This document shows, piece by piece, positions 1 through 15,300 of a stretch of DNA of 64,000 nt. This stretch comes from Paraspadella gotoi (lineage: Eukaryota; Animalia; Chaetognatha). Numbering within the stretch: position 1 is the stretch's first letter; each line of letters opens with the position of its first letter. The notes beneath the pieces are model-generated. The model did not search any database, was not told the origin of the DNA, and saw nothing but the letters and a program-made list of their open reading frames with translations. A program made the position numbers and the translations under genes. The stretch is taken from the NCBI GenBank assembly GCA_051294375.1, contig CM119264.1, forward strand, positions 6,201,110 to 6,265,109, written 5' to 3'.

Positions 1-190
1 ATGCTAAGTCAAATCATAAACCATCAATAAAAATTTGGATAATATAAATGATTTGGGTTTTTAACTAATAATCTTTTAGATTAAAAATATCTTCCAGTTT
101 GCAAATGACAATTCTTTTTTAAGCGGCCGGGCTGTTGTGTGTCACCTTGTAACTCAGGCTTTTTGNNNNNNNNNNNNNNNNNNNNNNNNN

Positions 191-1338
191 TTTACCATTT
201 TGAGTTTCGAAGTTTTGGCGGAGATATCTTTATTCGATTTGGTGAAGTTCGATTTGAACGAATATCCTTTCGTTTCGCTTTAATAGTTAGCCAATGACCG
301 ATTGGAATTCAGAGCCCGAGCTAGGTCGAGGTTGTTAGGGAGATGTGTAAAACAAATTCCTTAATTCGATTTCTAACTATTGGTCATTGATACCACTTTA
401 TTGTTTATTTTGAAATGCCGGCCTATTTTTGCAGATCTGCTATTGCTATTGCTTATCGTGTATTACTGTGTACTGTATTATGTACCTGAATTTTGTTATT
501 GAGTTACTTTTTGTTTTTTCGGCCCTCAACTTTTACACTTTTGAATAATTAATAAATCTACTTAATTGATTAATTATATTTTAGGGAGGCGGTGTCAGAA
601 TATTAAAAGAGTTGTTGTTTTCGTTTCGGCCTCGTTCTTTATTTACAAAAGTATTGGCCTTCGCTGAATTGTAAACAAAACGCTTTTGGTTCTCGATCGC
701 TTGTAATTTTCTTCAGTCTGTATTTTGGCCGCGTAACAATTTGTAATTCTCTCCCGTTATTTTCGTTTGTTCACGTTATTTAATATAATCATAATGAATA
801 CTCAATCCTCTTTTAATATATTAGGCTAAATAGATTCGTCAATTATTACAGGAGTTAGTAATAAAGACGACAGAAATGGAAAATTAAAATTTCTTATTAA
901 AAATTAAATTTTTCATAGAGATGTGATAGAGAGAGGGAGAAAAGAGGTGGAGGAGGAGGAGGAGGAGGAGGAGTGAGAACATTAGTCCACGTTCTCGACC
1001 TCTATTTCATTTCCGGTCTATTGTCATCTCTCTCTTTCTATCTCGCTATCTCTCTATCTCTCTATCTCTCTCCAATTTCACCCTGAAAATTGAAGAGTTA
1101 TCATAACATTCACCCTCTCTCTGTGTCATCAATGATTATGTTATGCACGTTTGTCGTCTTTGTCGGCATTTTCGTCAAACCGACAGTCGCCATCGTCGTC
1201 ATCGTCGCCATCGTCGTCGTCGTCATCGTCTCTCTCACCTGCTGGTCGTTTTCGTCATCTTCACTAAAGTTGCTGTCGATTTTATTGCAGGAATCGTCTT
1301 TGTAATCAACGCAGTCAATGGCGATGTTGTCGTCCTCG

Positions 1339-1370
<32 letters not shown>

Positions 1371-1632
1371 GTCGTTGTCGACGTCAACAAAAGCAGTTTA
1401 CGATTTAGGCCGAGGCGAATTGGTCTTCACAAAAAGGGAGGAGAGAAGAGAAGTGAGAAAAGAAAGGGAAAGAGAAGTGAAAGAGAGGGAAGGAGAAGAG
1501 AAAAGAGAAAGAAAGAGAAGTGAAAAGAGAGAAGGATTGTGAGGCGTGAGATTCGACAGTGAAAGATCAGCGACGTGAGGAAAGTTGACAACTTAACATA
1601 TTTCGGTCCGATTCTCGTCAAATGTAGACATT

Positions 1633-1678
<46 letters not shown>

Positions 1679-1897
1679 ATCTCTCTCATGGCGCGTCGCT
1701 TTCGCGACCTCATCTACGTGATGAAAGGGGGGCGTGGCGACTACTTGGACGTCAGCGTCAAATCGTTATTTTTGGCGCTTTTTGTGACGTCATTTGTGAG
1801 GTGATTACCGACAGTGAACTCGACGTCTCACCGACTCATTAGGTTAGGGCCTCGTGACGGGATTAGAGAGCTTTGGGAGAGAGAGAGGGAGTCAAAA

Positions 1898-1970
<73 letters not shown>

Positions 1971-2931
1971 TGATTTTTCTCCTCTTTTCTTCTTTTCTAT
2001 TCCATGATCGCGGATACTTATCGATGATTGTTGATCACGTGACCGGCGCGTGTTTTTCTACGGATTTTACGCCCTCGTCGCCCAGTCGGTCATTGTGGAA
2101 AGTCTTCCTAGAGTAATTGAATATTCATATAAACATTAGTGATTTCAGAAGCCTGAGAGAAAAAAGATTTAGAGGAGAGAGAGAGACGAGAGAGAGAGAG
2201 AAGAGAGAGAGAGAGAAGAATTTGCGGCGATGAATCTGAACTCGTTTCTTCGACTCATCGGATCGAGCGATGATCCTGAGGGATTTCGGATCCGCCGGTC
2301 GTGAGAATGCGTAATCGACGGGAGAGGAGAGGAGGAGGAGTGAGGGGAGGAGGAAGAGGGAAGAGGAATAGGAAGGAGGGGTGGAAGGGAGGAGGAGAGG
2401 GAGGGGAAGGAAAGAAGGGGTGAGAAGGTCGCGAGAAAAAGATGGCGGGTATAGGGCAGGCGAAGGGCGAAATTACATCCGATCGAGAAAGACGCTGTAC
2501 ATCCGGGAGAGGAATGGGCTCGAGTCGCTCTTGCGCGGGATATAAAAAGATACAAGGTCGCTCACTCGTGATTAAATGAGGGACAACTTTTTTTTGAGTA
2601 GAAGCGATAATAACGCGAGAGAGAATGAAGGGATACTTAACAAAAATGGAAGCGAATCAAGAAATGGGAAGAGAAAGAAGAAAAGATAGAAAGAAGAGAA
2701 GAAAGAAAGAAAGAAGGAAAGAAAGAATGAAAGATAGAAATAAAGAAAGAAAGAAAGAAAATGAATGAGAAAGATAGAAGGAAAGAAAGGGATAGAAATC
2801 AGTTAAGATAAACAAGCTAACAGTAAAGTGAACAAAATGAACAACAACAAAATATAAAAGGTTATCCATTAATTAGCAACCCTTCAAGTATCGGAAACCC
2901 GTAGAAGTCAAATGGTGCTAAAAAAAAAAAT

Positions 2932-2982
<51 letters not shown>

Positions 2983-3315
2983 AGGATAGAGAAAATTATT
3001 ACGCTATTTTCCACTCTCTATATTCTTTAATTTTATTGTTTTTATTATTAAATAAAAAGATCCTTTGAATCAAGACTTAACTTCCTACGATTAAATCCAA
3101 TTCCACAGAATTTCTCGCATCTCTCCGTTTTTTCTCGTAAGGCGGCGCTAATGGAGTTGTTTCTGCCTTTTGTTCGTCCGCTTCCAACTTCGTTAATTAA
3201 CTCTTTCCATGCAAATGAGTTTATTGATTTATTTTCGTCCCCGTTATTTTCGATATTCCCCTTCATTGGCCAACATGAAATGAGTTGTTTTGAATTATAT
3301 ATTATATTATATTCG

Positions 3316-3347
<32 letters not shown>
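191..3347 (+). repeat. Copy 1 of a triplicated ~3-kb segment (others ~3643-7140 and ~12690-16180)
   Basis: Collinear near-identical text differing mostly by single-base indels; bounded by 25-N gaps. Confidence 0.9.
1633..1800. promoter_or_regulatory. CpG-rich promoter-like motif cluster (also present in the duplicate copies)
   Basis: (GCC)n followed by CCAAT, TTTCGCG, GGGGCGTGGC, TTTGGCGC and TGACGTCA within ~170 bp; no linked gene identified. Confidence 0.3.
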
Positions 3348-3372
3348 NNNNNNNNNNNNNNNNNNNNNNNNN

Positions 3373-5004
3373 ACTCAGAGAGCCACGCGCCTTGCCTACA
3401 GGTCCGAATTCGAGAATTGCGGATGACTGCACAGCCAGCCTTCAGCTTACCCCGCTGAGTCCCAGCGGTTTCTGTGGGCCCGATCGAAGCAGCCCGCGAT
3501 ATGGCCACAAGGATGATAAATGAAAAAATCAATTTGTTGTTATTTTTCCTTTTAACAGTTTAGAGAAAATATGAAAAATTCTATTAGTTATATCTAATTT
3601 CGCTCTGTCGAAAAGCCGAGAAATTAAATTTAAATTCTTTGTATTACACCATTTTGAGTTTCGAAGTTTTGGCGCAGACTACTCTTTCATTCGATTGGTG
3701 AAGTGTCGATTTGAACGAATGATCCCTTTCTTTCGCTTTAATAGTTAGCCAATGAACCGATTGGAATTCCAGAGCCCGAGCTAGGTCGACGGTTGTTAGG
3801 GAGATGTGTAAAACAAATTCCTTAATTCGATTTCTAACTATTGCGTCATTTGATACCACTTTTATTGTTTATTTTGAAATGCCGGCCTATTTTGCCAGAT
3901 TCTGCTATTGCTTATTGCTTATCGTGTATTACTGTGTACTGATTATGCTACCTGAATTTTGTTATTGAGTTACTTTTTGTTTTTCGGCCCTCAACTTTTA
4001 CCTTTTGAATAATTAATAAATCTACTTAATTGATTAATTATATTTTAGGGAGGCGGTGTCAGAATATTAAAGAGTGTTGTTTTTCGTTTCGGCCTCGTTC
4101 TTTATTTACAAAAGTATTGGCCTTCGCTGAATTGTAAACAAAACGCTTTTGCGTTCTCGATCGCTGAATTTTCTTCAAGTCTGACTGATTTTGGCCGCGT
4201 AACAATTTGTAATTCTCTCCCGTTATTTTCGTTTGTTCACGTTTATTTATATAATCATAATGAATACTCAATCTCTTTAATATATTAGGCTAAATAGATT
4301 CGTCAATTATTACAGGAGTTAGTAATAAAGACGAGACAGAAATGGAAAATTTAAAATTTTCTTATTAAAAAATTAAATTTTTCATAGAGGCATGTGATAG
4401 GAGAGGGAGAAAAGAGGCTGGAGGAGGAGGAGGAGGCAGGAGGAGTGAGAACATTAGTCCACGTTCTCGACTCTATTTCATTTCCGGTCTATGTCATCTC
4501 TCTCTTTCTACTCGCTATCTCTCTATCTCTCTATCTCTCTCCAATTTCACCCTGAAAATTGAAGAGTTATCATAACATTCACCCCTCTCTCGTGTTCATC
4601 AATGATTATGTTATGCACGTTTTGGTCGTTTTGTCGGCATTTTTCGTCAAACGACAGTCGCCCATGTCGAATCGTCCATGTCTCGTATCGCCTCACCGCT
4701 GTCGTTTCGTCTTACTAGTTGCTGTCGTTTTTGCAGATCGTCTGATCACTTCGACTAAGCATTTACAGGATACCTCATGTCTAGTCGTGTTCGTTCCTTG
4801 GAGGTGCCAGCGGGTTATTGGTGCGAATAAGAAGAGGGAGGGAGGTGAAGTGCGGAATGGAGGTGACATGGCGGCCTGACTGTACTCAAAAAAGATCGGA
4901 TTTCCCCGCTTTCTTATGCTTAGCACCGCTTGCCGAGATGTTCGCTAGCCTATGATACTGTACCTGTAATCAAACCGCAGTCAATGCGATGCTTGTCGTC
5001 CTCG

Positions 5005-5036
<32 letters not shown>

Positions 5037-5559
5037 GTCGTGTCGACGTCAACAAAAGGCAGTTTTACGATTTAGGCCGCAGGCGAATGGTCTTCACAAA
5101 AACGGGAGGAGAGAAGAGAAGTGAGAAAAAGAAAGGGAAAGAGAAGTGAGAGAGGGAGGAGAGAAGAAAGAAGAAAGATGAAAAAGAGAGAAGGATTTTG
5201 AGGCGTGAGATTCCGACAAGTTGAAGATCAGCGACTGAGAAAAGTTGACAACTTAACATATTTCGGTCCGAGTCTCGTCATAATGTAAACATGCGCCCCC
5301 CGACGCCCGCTGCGCCCGCCGCCGCCGCGCCGCCAATCTCTCTCATTGGCGCGGTTCGCTCTCGCGACCTCATCTACGTGATGAAAGGCGGGCGTGGGCG
5401 ACTACTTGGACGTCAGCGTCAAATTCGTGTATTTTTTGGCGCTTTTGTGCGTCATTTGTTGAGGTGATTACCGACGGTGAAACTCGACGGTCCTCACCGG
5501 CTCATTAGGATGGCCTCGTTGACGGATTAGAAGCACTTTGAGGAGAGAGAGCAGAGAGG

Positions 5560-5605
<46 letters not shown>

Positions 5606-7900
5606 GAGAGACAGTTGATTTTTCTCCTCTTCTTCTTTTCTATTCCATGATCGGTACTTATCGAATGATTTGTTGATCACGTGACCGGCGGCGTGTTTCT
5701 ACGGATTTTACGCCCTCGTCGCCCAGGTTCGGTGTCATGTGAAGGCTATTTCCCTTCAGCAGACGAGCCCCATACTTCTGCTACCGCAAGCGATGGTCGA
5801 AGTAGATGAAATTCATTACATATAGTGGGATGAAGTTTGAGTAAGAATTTCAGGGAGAGGAGCGAGGGAGAAGAGAACGAGATTAGAGGAGAGAGAGAGA
5901 CGGAGAGAGAGAGAGAAGAGAGAGAGAGACGAGAACGAATTTGCGGCGATGAATCTGAACTCTCGTTTCTTCGACTCATCGGATTCGAGCGATGATTCCT
6001 GAGGGATTTCGGATCCGCCGGTCGTGAGAATGCGTATCGACGGGCAGGAGGAGGAGGAAGGATGAGGGTGAGGAGGAAGAGGGAAGAGGAATAGGAGGAG
6101 GGGTGAAGGAGAGGAGAGAGAGGAGAGGGGAAGGGGGAAAGAAGGGGAAGAGGTGGAGAACCGCGTCGCCGACTGCGAGTGCGAGAGGAAAAAGATGGCG
6201 GTATTAGGGCAGGCGAAAGGGGCGAAATTACATCGATCGAGAAATACGCTGTACATTCCGGCGAGAGGAATGGGCTCTAGTCGTCTTGCGCGGGATATAA
6301 AAAGTACAAGGTCGCCGACTCAGTGCATTAAAGGAGGGACAACTTTTTTTAGTAGTAGAAGGATAATAACGCGAGAGAGAGAAGCGATACTTAACAAAAA
6401 TGGTAGCGAATTCAAGAAATGGGAAGAGAAAGAAGAAAAGATAGAAAAGAAGCAGAGAAAAGAAAGAAAGAAGGAAAGAAGAGAAAAGAAGATAGAAGAA
6501 GAAAGAAAGAAAGAAAATGATGAGAAGATAGAAGGAAAGAAAGGATAGAATCAGTTAAGATAAAACAAGCTAACTAGTAAAGTGAACAACAAATGAACAA
6601 CAACAAAAATAAAAGGTTATCATTAATTAGCAACGCCCTTCAAGTATCGGAAACCCGTAGAAGTCAAATGCTGCTTAAAAAAAAAAATAGAGAGAGAGAG
6701 GAGAGAGACGAGAGAGAGACGAGAAGAGAGAGAGAGAGAAGAGAAAGAGGATAGAGAAAATTTATTACGCTATTTCCACTCTCTATATTCTTTAATTTTA
6801 TATGTTTATTATTATTAATAAAAAGATCCTTTGAATTCAAGACTTAACTTCCTACGATTATAATCCAATTCCACAGAATTTTTCCATCTCTCCGTTTTTT
6901 CTCGTAGGCGGACGCTAATGGAGTTGTTTCTGCCTTTTGTTCGTCCGCTTCCAACTTTCGTTAATAACTCTTTTCCATGGGCAAATGAGTTTATTGATTT
7001 TATTTCGTCCCGTTATTTTCGATATTCCCCTTCATTGCGCCAACATGAAATGAGTTGTTTTGAATTATATATTATTATTATATCGTTTTCCCTCTCTTCC
7101 CTCTCTCTCTCTCTCTCCTCTCTCTCCTCTCTCTCTCTCTTCTCTCCCCTTTACAATTCCCGTCATTTGGCGCGAATCCAGAAAATATGAGACGCATTAA
7201 CTGTCATGACTTCTGTCAACCTTTTTATCGAATCAGCCTCCCCCCAAAAAATGTTTTCTCTCTTCTTTTTATTTACCGAACGGTCGAGGTTAAAAGGAAA
7301 CGGTTTCGGGTACAAAGTTTAACGGTAACCGTTGCGTCCGTTCGTCAGACTCTCTGTATTCAGTCCATCAGTATGTAAAGTGTATGTTTGCCTCTCTCTC
7401 ATATAGATTAGCTCTGGTTTCCTTCCGTTAATGTGCACTTTTCTCCACGAACCACATATAAACGTCAGACATGATGTCGTAACCGAAGCCGCAAAATGGC
7501 GCCACAAAATATAGACCAGAGTGAAAATGGCGACATTATTACGTCGCGCAAAGGACGCCGCAACTGGACCTGGGGAATCGCGTCCGCGGCGTCAAAATGA
7601 CGTCGTGACCGAACCTCAGAATAACGTCAATACCAATGAAGAGAAAGCGCATATTCAAATGACAGTTGCGGATTATGTCGCAGACTGAATGATATTGTGG
7701 ACCCCAATCGAATACAGCAGAGTCATGTCAGCGCCAACTGTGCCGATGGTTGGGGGCGGGTTCATCGTGGAGCCAAAACAATTCGTCCGTGCGAAAAGCA
7801 AAGAAGAATAAACGGTCAGTTTTTTGGGGAGAGTACTCTTCTCTCGCGAGGTCGAAAATGGACAGTGACCTCGCAGTGAGAGAGAGAGAGAGAGAGGAAA
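3373..7900 (+). repeat. Direct duplicate of 12421-~16960
   Basis: Both start ACTCAGAGAGCCACGCGCC right after a 25-N gap; identical at first, then indel-noisy. Confidence 0.9.
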
Positions 7901-8317
7901 GAGAGAAAGAAAAGAGGACAGAGAGAAGGTTCAGAGAGATAAAAAATAGTGGAAAAAAATGGCAAAAAGTTTTAAAACTAATAGCTGTGCGTTTTTTTCT
8001 GCCTTAATTCCTGTAGTATATCTAAAAAACGTGATAGATTCTGGACCAGCAATTTAATCTTTAAAAGTTTCCCTTTACATGAAATCGTTTTAGTTTTCAT
8101 CTTAAGCTAAAAGAACATGATGTCTAACCCCGTATTTTGAAAAGCATAGGAAATTCACCCAGGTGAGTTCGATTATAAGGAGAAAATAAACTATAGGCCA
8201 ACCGTTTTTTAAATAAAGCGATATTTTATTATTAATCAGTCGGAAAAAAAAGAAATAATCACGTATAATAAGTTTCAATTCTCATTGTTGAAAAATACCC
8301 GATGAGAAATCACTGCC

Positions 8318-11300
8318 TAATTTAAACCGCACTTTTAGTTATCTTATTTAAGTTTTAACCAAGCGGGATTATTCAACTATGGATTAGAATTCGTTTCGCG
8401 GGAGTTTGAGTTGCGAATGGAGGCAATTAGATTACGAACCAAGTTGGATTTAACGAAAGTTATACGATTCTGTCTGTCCTGCTCTCTCTTTCTTTCAGCG
8501 TGTCTTTCTGCGTTCTCTATCTTTGTCATTACCCATTGCGAAGGTGCGGCAACATTTCTTCTCAAGTTGATCCGAGATTAGTCGAGGAATGTAAAATCAA
8601 TATGTTAATGGAAATCAATTCGACGCAAAGGCAAACGATGACGACCACAACCTACGACACGTTTTAATTTTAACAATTTCGTTAAATTTCGTTACTGTTA
8701 ATTTGGTACTTCTTTTTTCAAATGGCGTAATTATAGATTTTTTTTTGCCTTTTTAATTTTTTCTGATTCACGAGACTGAAAGTCGACAGATTCCAATTCT
8801 ATCTCTCATAAAATTCTCTCTTTGGTCTGATTCGCGTTCCATTTCGATGAAGAATTAAATCCATTCGTGGAAATAGCGACGAGTACATATTCATTCCCGA
8901 CCGGACGTCGTCGGTCGTCGTCGTCGTCGTCGTCGTGTCGTTCGCTCCGTTTGTTACTCTCTCACATCTGCAGTCGTCGCCGTTTGTGTTCTGCCAATAA
9001 ACCAGGACGGTGGATGAAATTCACCACGTTGCTAAGCGGCCAATCTGGGCGCTGAGAGAGAAACACTAACGTTAGTCAATGGACAGAAATTGGAAAAACG
9101 TGCGAGAGAACCAAAGAACAAGAAAAAAACTGCGCCCCGTTTGTAAAAATAAGATTCTCCTCAGCTCAGTCGGAAAAGAAGTTGAACGAAAAAAATTCAA
9201 AAAACCAATCAGCGATTAAAAGAGGGGGAAATTACGCACCAAAAAAAATGATAACACCGGAACACAAGAAAAAAAACTAAAGTGAAGTTTTGTTAATAAT
9301 CGCGGGGTCCTCTTAACCTCGGGTTGAATGTAAAAAAAATAAGATTGGATTGAAAAGTGTTAGAACAAGGAACGGTTATTCCAAGGTGTTGCGCCGCATT
9401 ACTTTTTTTTTACTTATCTTTTTTTTTTAAAATAAAAGGCGACGCCAGTAGTTGCTTAGATTAGATTTTTAACAAATGAGCAACAAACTATAAGCAAGTT
9501 TATTAAGCGTTTTTAACGTAAGTGGACAGACTGACGGACAGACCGACCGACCGGACCGAAAGTGACTTATAGAGTTGCTCCGCGAGTACTCGCGGCGCAA
9601 CTAAAAAGGAACAAAGGCAGTAAATAAAAATAGAGAGAAAGAATAAACCCTACCGCCCAAAAAAATAAAATTGAGGAAAGAGAGGGAAGAAAAGAGACTA
9701 TAGAAAAAAAAATATATATACAAAAAGATAAGAAAATAAAAACAACAAAAAATAAATAAAAAAAACAAAGATAGAAAGGATAAGAAAAAAGAAAAGTTTG
9801 AAGGGAGGATTTGGCGACGTCTAAGAGAAGTCGTTGACGAGAAACGCTCGTCGAGGGACCGCCTTTTAAGTCTCTTTGCCTCTCAGCCACTCCATCTCTC
9901 TCTGTTTCTGACTCTCGATTCTCTTATCGAATCCCCAGCTCGACCGTCGACCCTTTATCGATTCCCACATCTTTTCCCACTCCTTACCCAAAGCAATCTC
10001 ATGGCTTACTCACCCTTAATTTCCTTACTTTTCCCTCTTTTCAATTTTCTTTCAATTTCTCTTTCAATTCTTCTTTCATTATTTCTAACATCATCCACGT
10101 CTCAACTTTCTTGCTTCTCAAGTCTCAGGCCATCTCCGATTCCTTGACGCCATTTGACGCTTCTTCTTCGCCATCTGACAACACCTACGCCACCTGTCGT
10201 CACTAAACACCACATGACGGCACCTGTCGCTTAAAGAACAACACCACAAAATACCTCACTATCAATATCTGAAACCACTTTGATCACCCATCTTAAGACG
10301 CCACATGACGCCGGCAGATGCCACCTGACTGATGGCAACTCCACTCGTTCCTTTACCACCCAACGCCGTCTGCTCTCCACTAATTCGCTTCATTTTTTCC
10401 CTCCTTCATTTCTCACTTCGTACTCCGATGTCCCATATCTGAAATCTCCTCATCTTTTTCACCCCATCGATTTTTAACTCCCAATGGATTCCTAATCTTT
10501 CGGTTCTTTCGTTTCTTTTCATTCGATTCTTTCTCCTCCATCAATTTCGAACACTCGCGTGCATCGTAGCGTTTTCTCCCATCATTATGTTAGCTCGTTA
10601 TACTTTCTTTCTCTTCCATCCTTTCCCTTTCTCTCCATCAATTCATATATTATTATCATTTATCTCTTTATGCTTCTTCTTTCCATCATTACCTAATGCT
10701 CAACGATTTTATCTCCATCATTTTGTTTCTCTCATTCATTTCCTTTCTCTGTCATCGTCCCATCTCCATCCATCAATCCTTTTCTCTCTTCATTCTTCAT
10801 CCGACCCAATCCCCTTTCCCCCTCTCCAAACACCCCCACACCCCCCCCCAGCCTTCGATAATTGGAGTCCAGCATCTTCCACCCAAAACCTTCGGATGGA
10901 CGCGATGCAATTTCATCCCAAAAGCTTGCATCGGCGGCTGTAAAGTTATTGGCTTGCCGATGAACCACAAATTTCCTCTCGCGCGCGAAAGAGAAAAGAA
11001 AAAAAAATAATAAACAAATTAAGAAACAAAATAAAAAAAGATTCGCTTTGATGCATCACTCAGACGGAGAGCCGGACAGACGAACTAATAGTAAAATTAT
11101 AGGCAGGTCGGTAGGTAGGCTCATAGACAAATCAATAAGGTGGGACAGATGAGATAGAAGAGACCGCCAGACAGAAGGTGTCAAAAAAGGGTTCATATCG
11201 AGATGCGTCAACAACGCATCCATCGCATCTTTAAAGCGAAACGAAAGAGACAGCCGCTTTTCTCTATGAGGCCCTGAACCGGAATTAGGTTCTAGCTTCT

Positions 11301-11463
11301 CGTGGCCTCAAGTGTCGAAACGCATCGGTGCTACTTGTAATTAAAGCTTCTATATTTTTATATTTCCCTCCAGACCAACGATTTTTTTTATTCAAACACA
11401 AACACATAATCTTGTAACGAAGAGTCCGCCAGAGAGCGCAAGGTCTCCATGTGTATTGTAATC

Positions 11464-11519
<56 letters not shown>

Positions 11520-11533
11520 CTCTCTGCTCTCTC
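8318..11533 (-). repeat. Inverted duplicate of ~17240-20429
   Basis: Reverse-complement collinearity (e.g. 8341-8410 vs 20341-20420; 11400-11465 vs ~17295-17370). Confidence 0.9.
9434..9607 (-). mobile_element. Reverse-complement copy of the HINE-like element (inside the inverted duplicate)
   Basis: Reverse complement of 19172-19344. Confidence 0.5.
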
Positions 11534-11558
11534 NNNNNNNNNNNNNNNNNNNNNNNNN

Positions 11559-11726
11559 GAAGAGGGAATAAAAAAAAGAGAAGAAAAAAGACAATAAAAG
11601 GGGAAAATAAAAAAAGATCAAGTTTTATTGGCTTCTCCTAGGTTTTCGCTGTGTCGGCAGCGTTGGAGGCCCGTGGTGGGAAATCCTTCAGACCGCTTGT
11701 CCCTTTGACAATTGGCTCATAACAAA

Positions 11727-11787
<61 letters not shown>

Positions 11788-12395
11788 GTATACAATACAC
11801 ATGGAGACCTTGCGCTCTCTGGCGGATCTTTCGTTACAAGATTATGTGTTGTGTTTGAATAAAAAAATCGTTGGGTCTGGAGGGAAATATAAAAATATAG
11901 AAGCTTTAATTACAAGTAGCACCGATGCGTTTCGACCAATGAGGCCACGAGAAGCTAGAACCTAATTCCGGTTCAGGGCCTCATAGAGAAAAGCGGCTGT
12001 CTCTTTCGTTTCGCTTTAAAGATGCGATGGATGCGTTGTGGACGCATCTCGATATGAACCCTTTTTTGACACCTGTCTGTCTGGCGGTCTCTTCTATCTC
12101 ATCTGTCTATCCCTTTGAGTGTCTGTCTATGACCCTACCTACCGACCTGCCTATAATTTTTACTATTAGTCCGTCTGTCCGGCTCTCCGTCTGAGTGATG
12201 CATCAAAGCGAAATCTTTTTTTATTTTGTTTCTTAATTTGTTTATATTTTTTTTCTCTTTCGCGCGCGAGAGGAAATTTGTGGTTCATCGGAAGCCAATA
12301 ACTTTACAGCCGCCGATGAAACCGAAGCTTTTGGGATGAAATTGCATCGCGTCCATCCGAAGGTTTTGGGTGGAAGATGCTGGACTCCAATTATC
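11559..12395 (+). repeat. Direct duplicate of ~17053-17911
   Basis: Same sequence between two 25-N gaps. Confidence 0.88.
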
Positions 12396-15300
12396 NNNNN
12401 NNNNNNNNNNNNNNNNNNNNACTCAGAGAGCCACGCGCCTTGCCTACAGGTCCGAATTCGAGAATTGCGGATGACTGCACAGCCAGCCTTCAGCTTACCC
12501 CGCTGAGTCCCAGCGGTTTCTGTGGGCCCGATCGAAGCAGCCCGCGATATGGCCACAAGGATGATAAATGAAAAAATCAATTTGTTGTTATTTTTCCTTT
12601 TAACAGTTTAGAGAAAATATGAAAAATTCTATTAGTTATATCTAATTTCGCTCTGTCGAAAAGCCGAGAAATTAAATTTAAATTCTTTGTATTACACCAT
12701 TTTGAGTTTCGAAGTTTTGGCGGAGATCTATCTCTTATATTCGATTGGTGAACTGTCGATTTGAACGAATGATCCTTCTCTTTCGCTTTAATAGTTAGCC
12801 AAGAACGATTGGAATTCCAGAGCCCGAGCTAGGTCGACGTGTTAGGGAGATGTGTAAAACAAATTCCTTAATTCGATTTCTAACTATTGCGTCATTTGAT
12901 ACCACTTTTATTGTTTATTTTGAAATTTGCCGGCCTATTTTGCAGATTCTGCTATTGCTTATTGCTTATCGTGTATTACTGTGTACTGATTATGCTACCT
13001 GAATTTTGTTATTGAGTTACTTTTTTTTTTCGGCCCTCAACTTTTACACTTTTGAATAATTAATAATCTACTTAATTTGATTAATTATATTTTAGGAGGC
13101 GGTGTCAGAAGTATTAAAAAGAGTTGTTGTGTTTTCGTTTCGGCCTCGTTCTTTATTACAAAAGTATTGGCCTTCGCTGAATTGTAAACAAAACGCTTTT
13201 GCGTTCTCGATGCCTTGTAATTTCTTCCAGTCGACTGATTTTGCGCCGCGTAACCAATTTGTAATTCTCTCCCGTTAATTTTCGTTTTGTTCACGGTTAT
13301 TTAATATAATCATAATGAATACTCAATCCTCTTTAATATATTAGGCTAAAATAGATTCGTCAATATTACAGGAGTTAGTAATTAAAGACGGACAGAAATG
13401 GAAAATTAAATTATCTTATTAAAAAATTAAATTTTTCATAGAGGATGTTGATAGGAGAGGAGAAAAGAGGCTGAGGAGGAGGAGGAGGAGGAGGATGAGA
13501 ACATTAGTCCACGTTCTCGACTCTATTTCATTTCCGCGTCTATGTCATCTCTCTCTTTCTATCTCGCTATCTCTCTATCTCTCTATCTCTCTCCAATTTC
13601 ACCCTGAAATTGAAGAGTTATCATTAACATTCACCCCTCTCTCGTGTTCATCAATGATTATGTTATGCACGTTTGTCGTCTTTGTCGGCATTTTCGTCAA
13701 ACGACAGTCGCCATCGTCTCGTCATGTCTTCGTCGCCCTCACCCTGTCGTTCGCCTCCTAGTTGCTGTCAATCAATCGTCTTATCACTTGCGACTAAAGG
13801 CTTTAGGGTCCACCTACTGTCTAAGTGGTAATTACGCTTGCGAGAGCTGCGCTTTGTCAAATGAAGGGAGGGAGGAGGGGGGGAGGCAGGATAGGGGAGT
13901 AAGGTGGGTACCCTCGACTCAGAACAGTCGGGATCCGCGCTTTTTCTCTAGCTTGCATCTCTTCTTTGCCCGAAAATTCGTACCTGTACTACTGCTAGTC
14001 GAATCAACCGCAGCTCAATGGCGATGCTTTGTCGTCCTCGTCGTTGCTCGTCGTTGTCTCGTCGATCGTCGTCGTCGTTGTCGACGTCAACAAAAGGCAT
14101 TTTACGATTTAGGCCCAGGCGAATGGCTTCACAAAAAGGGCAGGAGAGAAGAGAAGTGAGAAGAAAGAAAGGGAAAGAGAAGTGAAAAGAGGGAGGAGAG
14201 TAGAAAGAAGAAAGAGAAGGAAAAAGAGAGAAGGATTGTGAGGCGTGAGATTCGACAAGTGAAAGTCAGCGACGTGAGAAAAGTTGACAACTAACATATT
14301 TCGGTCCGATTCTCGTCATAATGTAGACATCGCGCGCGCCTGCGCCCGCTGCTCGCCCGCCGCGCCGCCGCCGCCAATCTCTCTCATGGCGCGGTCGCTC
14401 TCGCGACCTCATCTACGTGATGAAAGGCGGCGGCGTGGCGACTACGGACGTCAGCGTCAAATCGTTGTATTTTTGGCGCTTTTGTGACGTCATTTGTTGA
14501 GGTGATTTACCGACAGTGAAACTCGACGGTCTCACCGACTCATTAGGTATGCGCCTCGTGACGGATAGAAGCCTTTGGGAGAGAGGGAGCAAAGTCGGGA
14601 GCAGAAAGAGTAGATGAGAGAGAGAGATGAGAGAGAGTAGAGAGAGGAGAGAGAGAGAGACGAGTGATTTTTCTCCTCTTCTTCTCTTTCTATTCCATGC
14701 ATGCGGTACTTATCGAATGATTGTTGATCACGTGACCGGCGGTGTTTTCTACGGATTGTTACGCCCTCGTCGCCCAGGTTCGGTTCATGTGGGGCTATCC
14801 TCAGAACAGAGAGTTCCTCCTCTGTGGCACTACCCAAGCGGATGTGAATAAATGATATATATAATCATTAGTGATGATATTTGAGTAAGATTTAAGAGAG
14901 CCGAGGGAGAGAGAAAGGAGATTGAGAGAGAGAGAGAGAGAGGAGAGAGACGAGAGAAAGAGAGAGAGACGAGAACGAATTGCGGCGATGAATTCTGAAT
15001 CTCGTCTTCTTCGACTCATCGGATCGAGCGATTTGATTCCTGAGGGGATTTCGGATCGCCGGTCGTGAGAATGCGTATCGACGGGAGAGGAGGAGAGGAA
15101 GGAGTGAGGGGAGGAGAAGAGGCGGAAGAGGAATAGAGAGGAGGGGTGGAAGGAGGAGAGAGAGGAGAGGGGGGGGGAAAGAAGGGGAGAGGTGGCAGAA
15201 CGTGGCCGATAGAGCGAGGGTCAAGGAGAGGAAAAAGATGCGGGTATAGGGCAGGCCGAAAGGGGCGAAATTACATCGATCGGAGAAATTACGCTTGTAC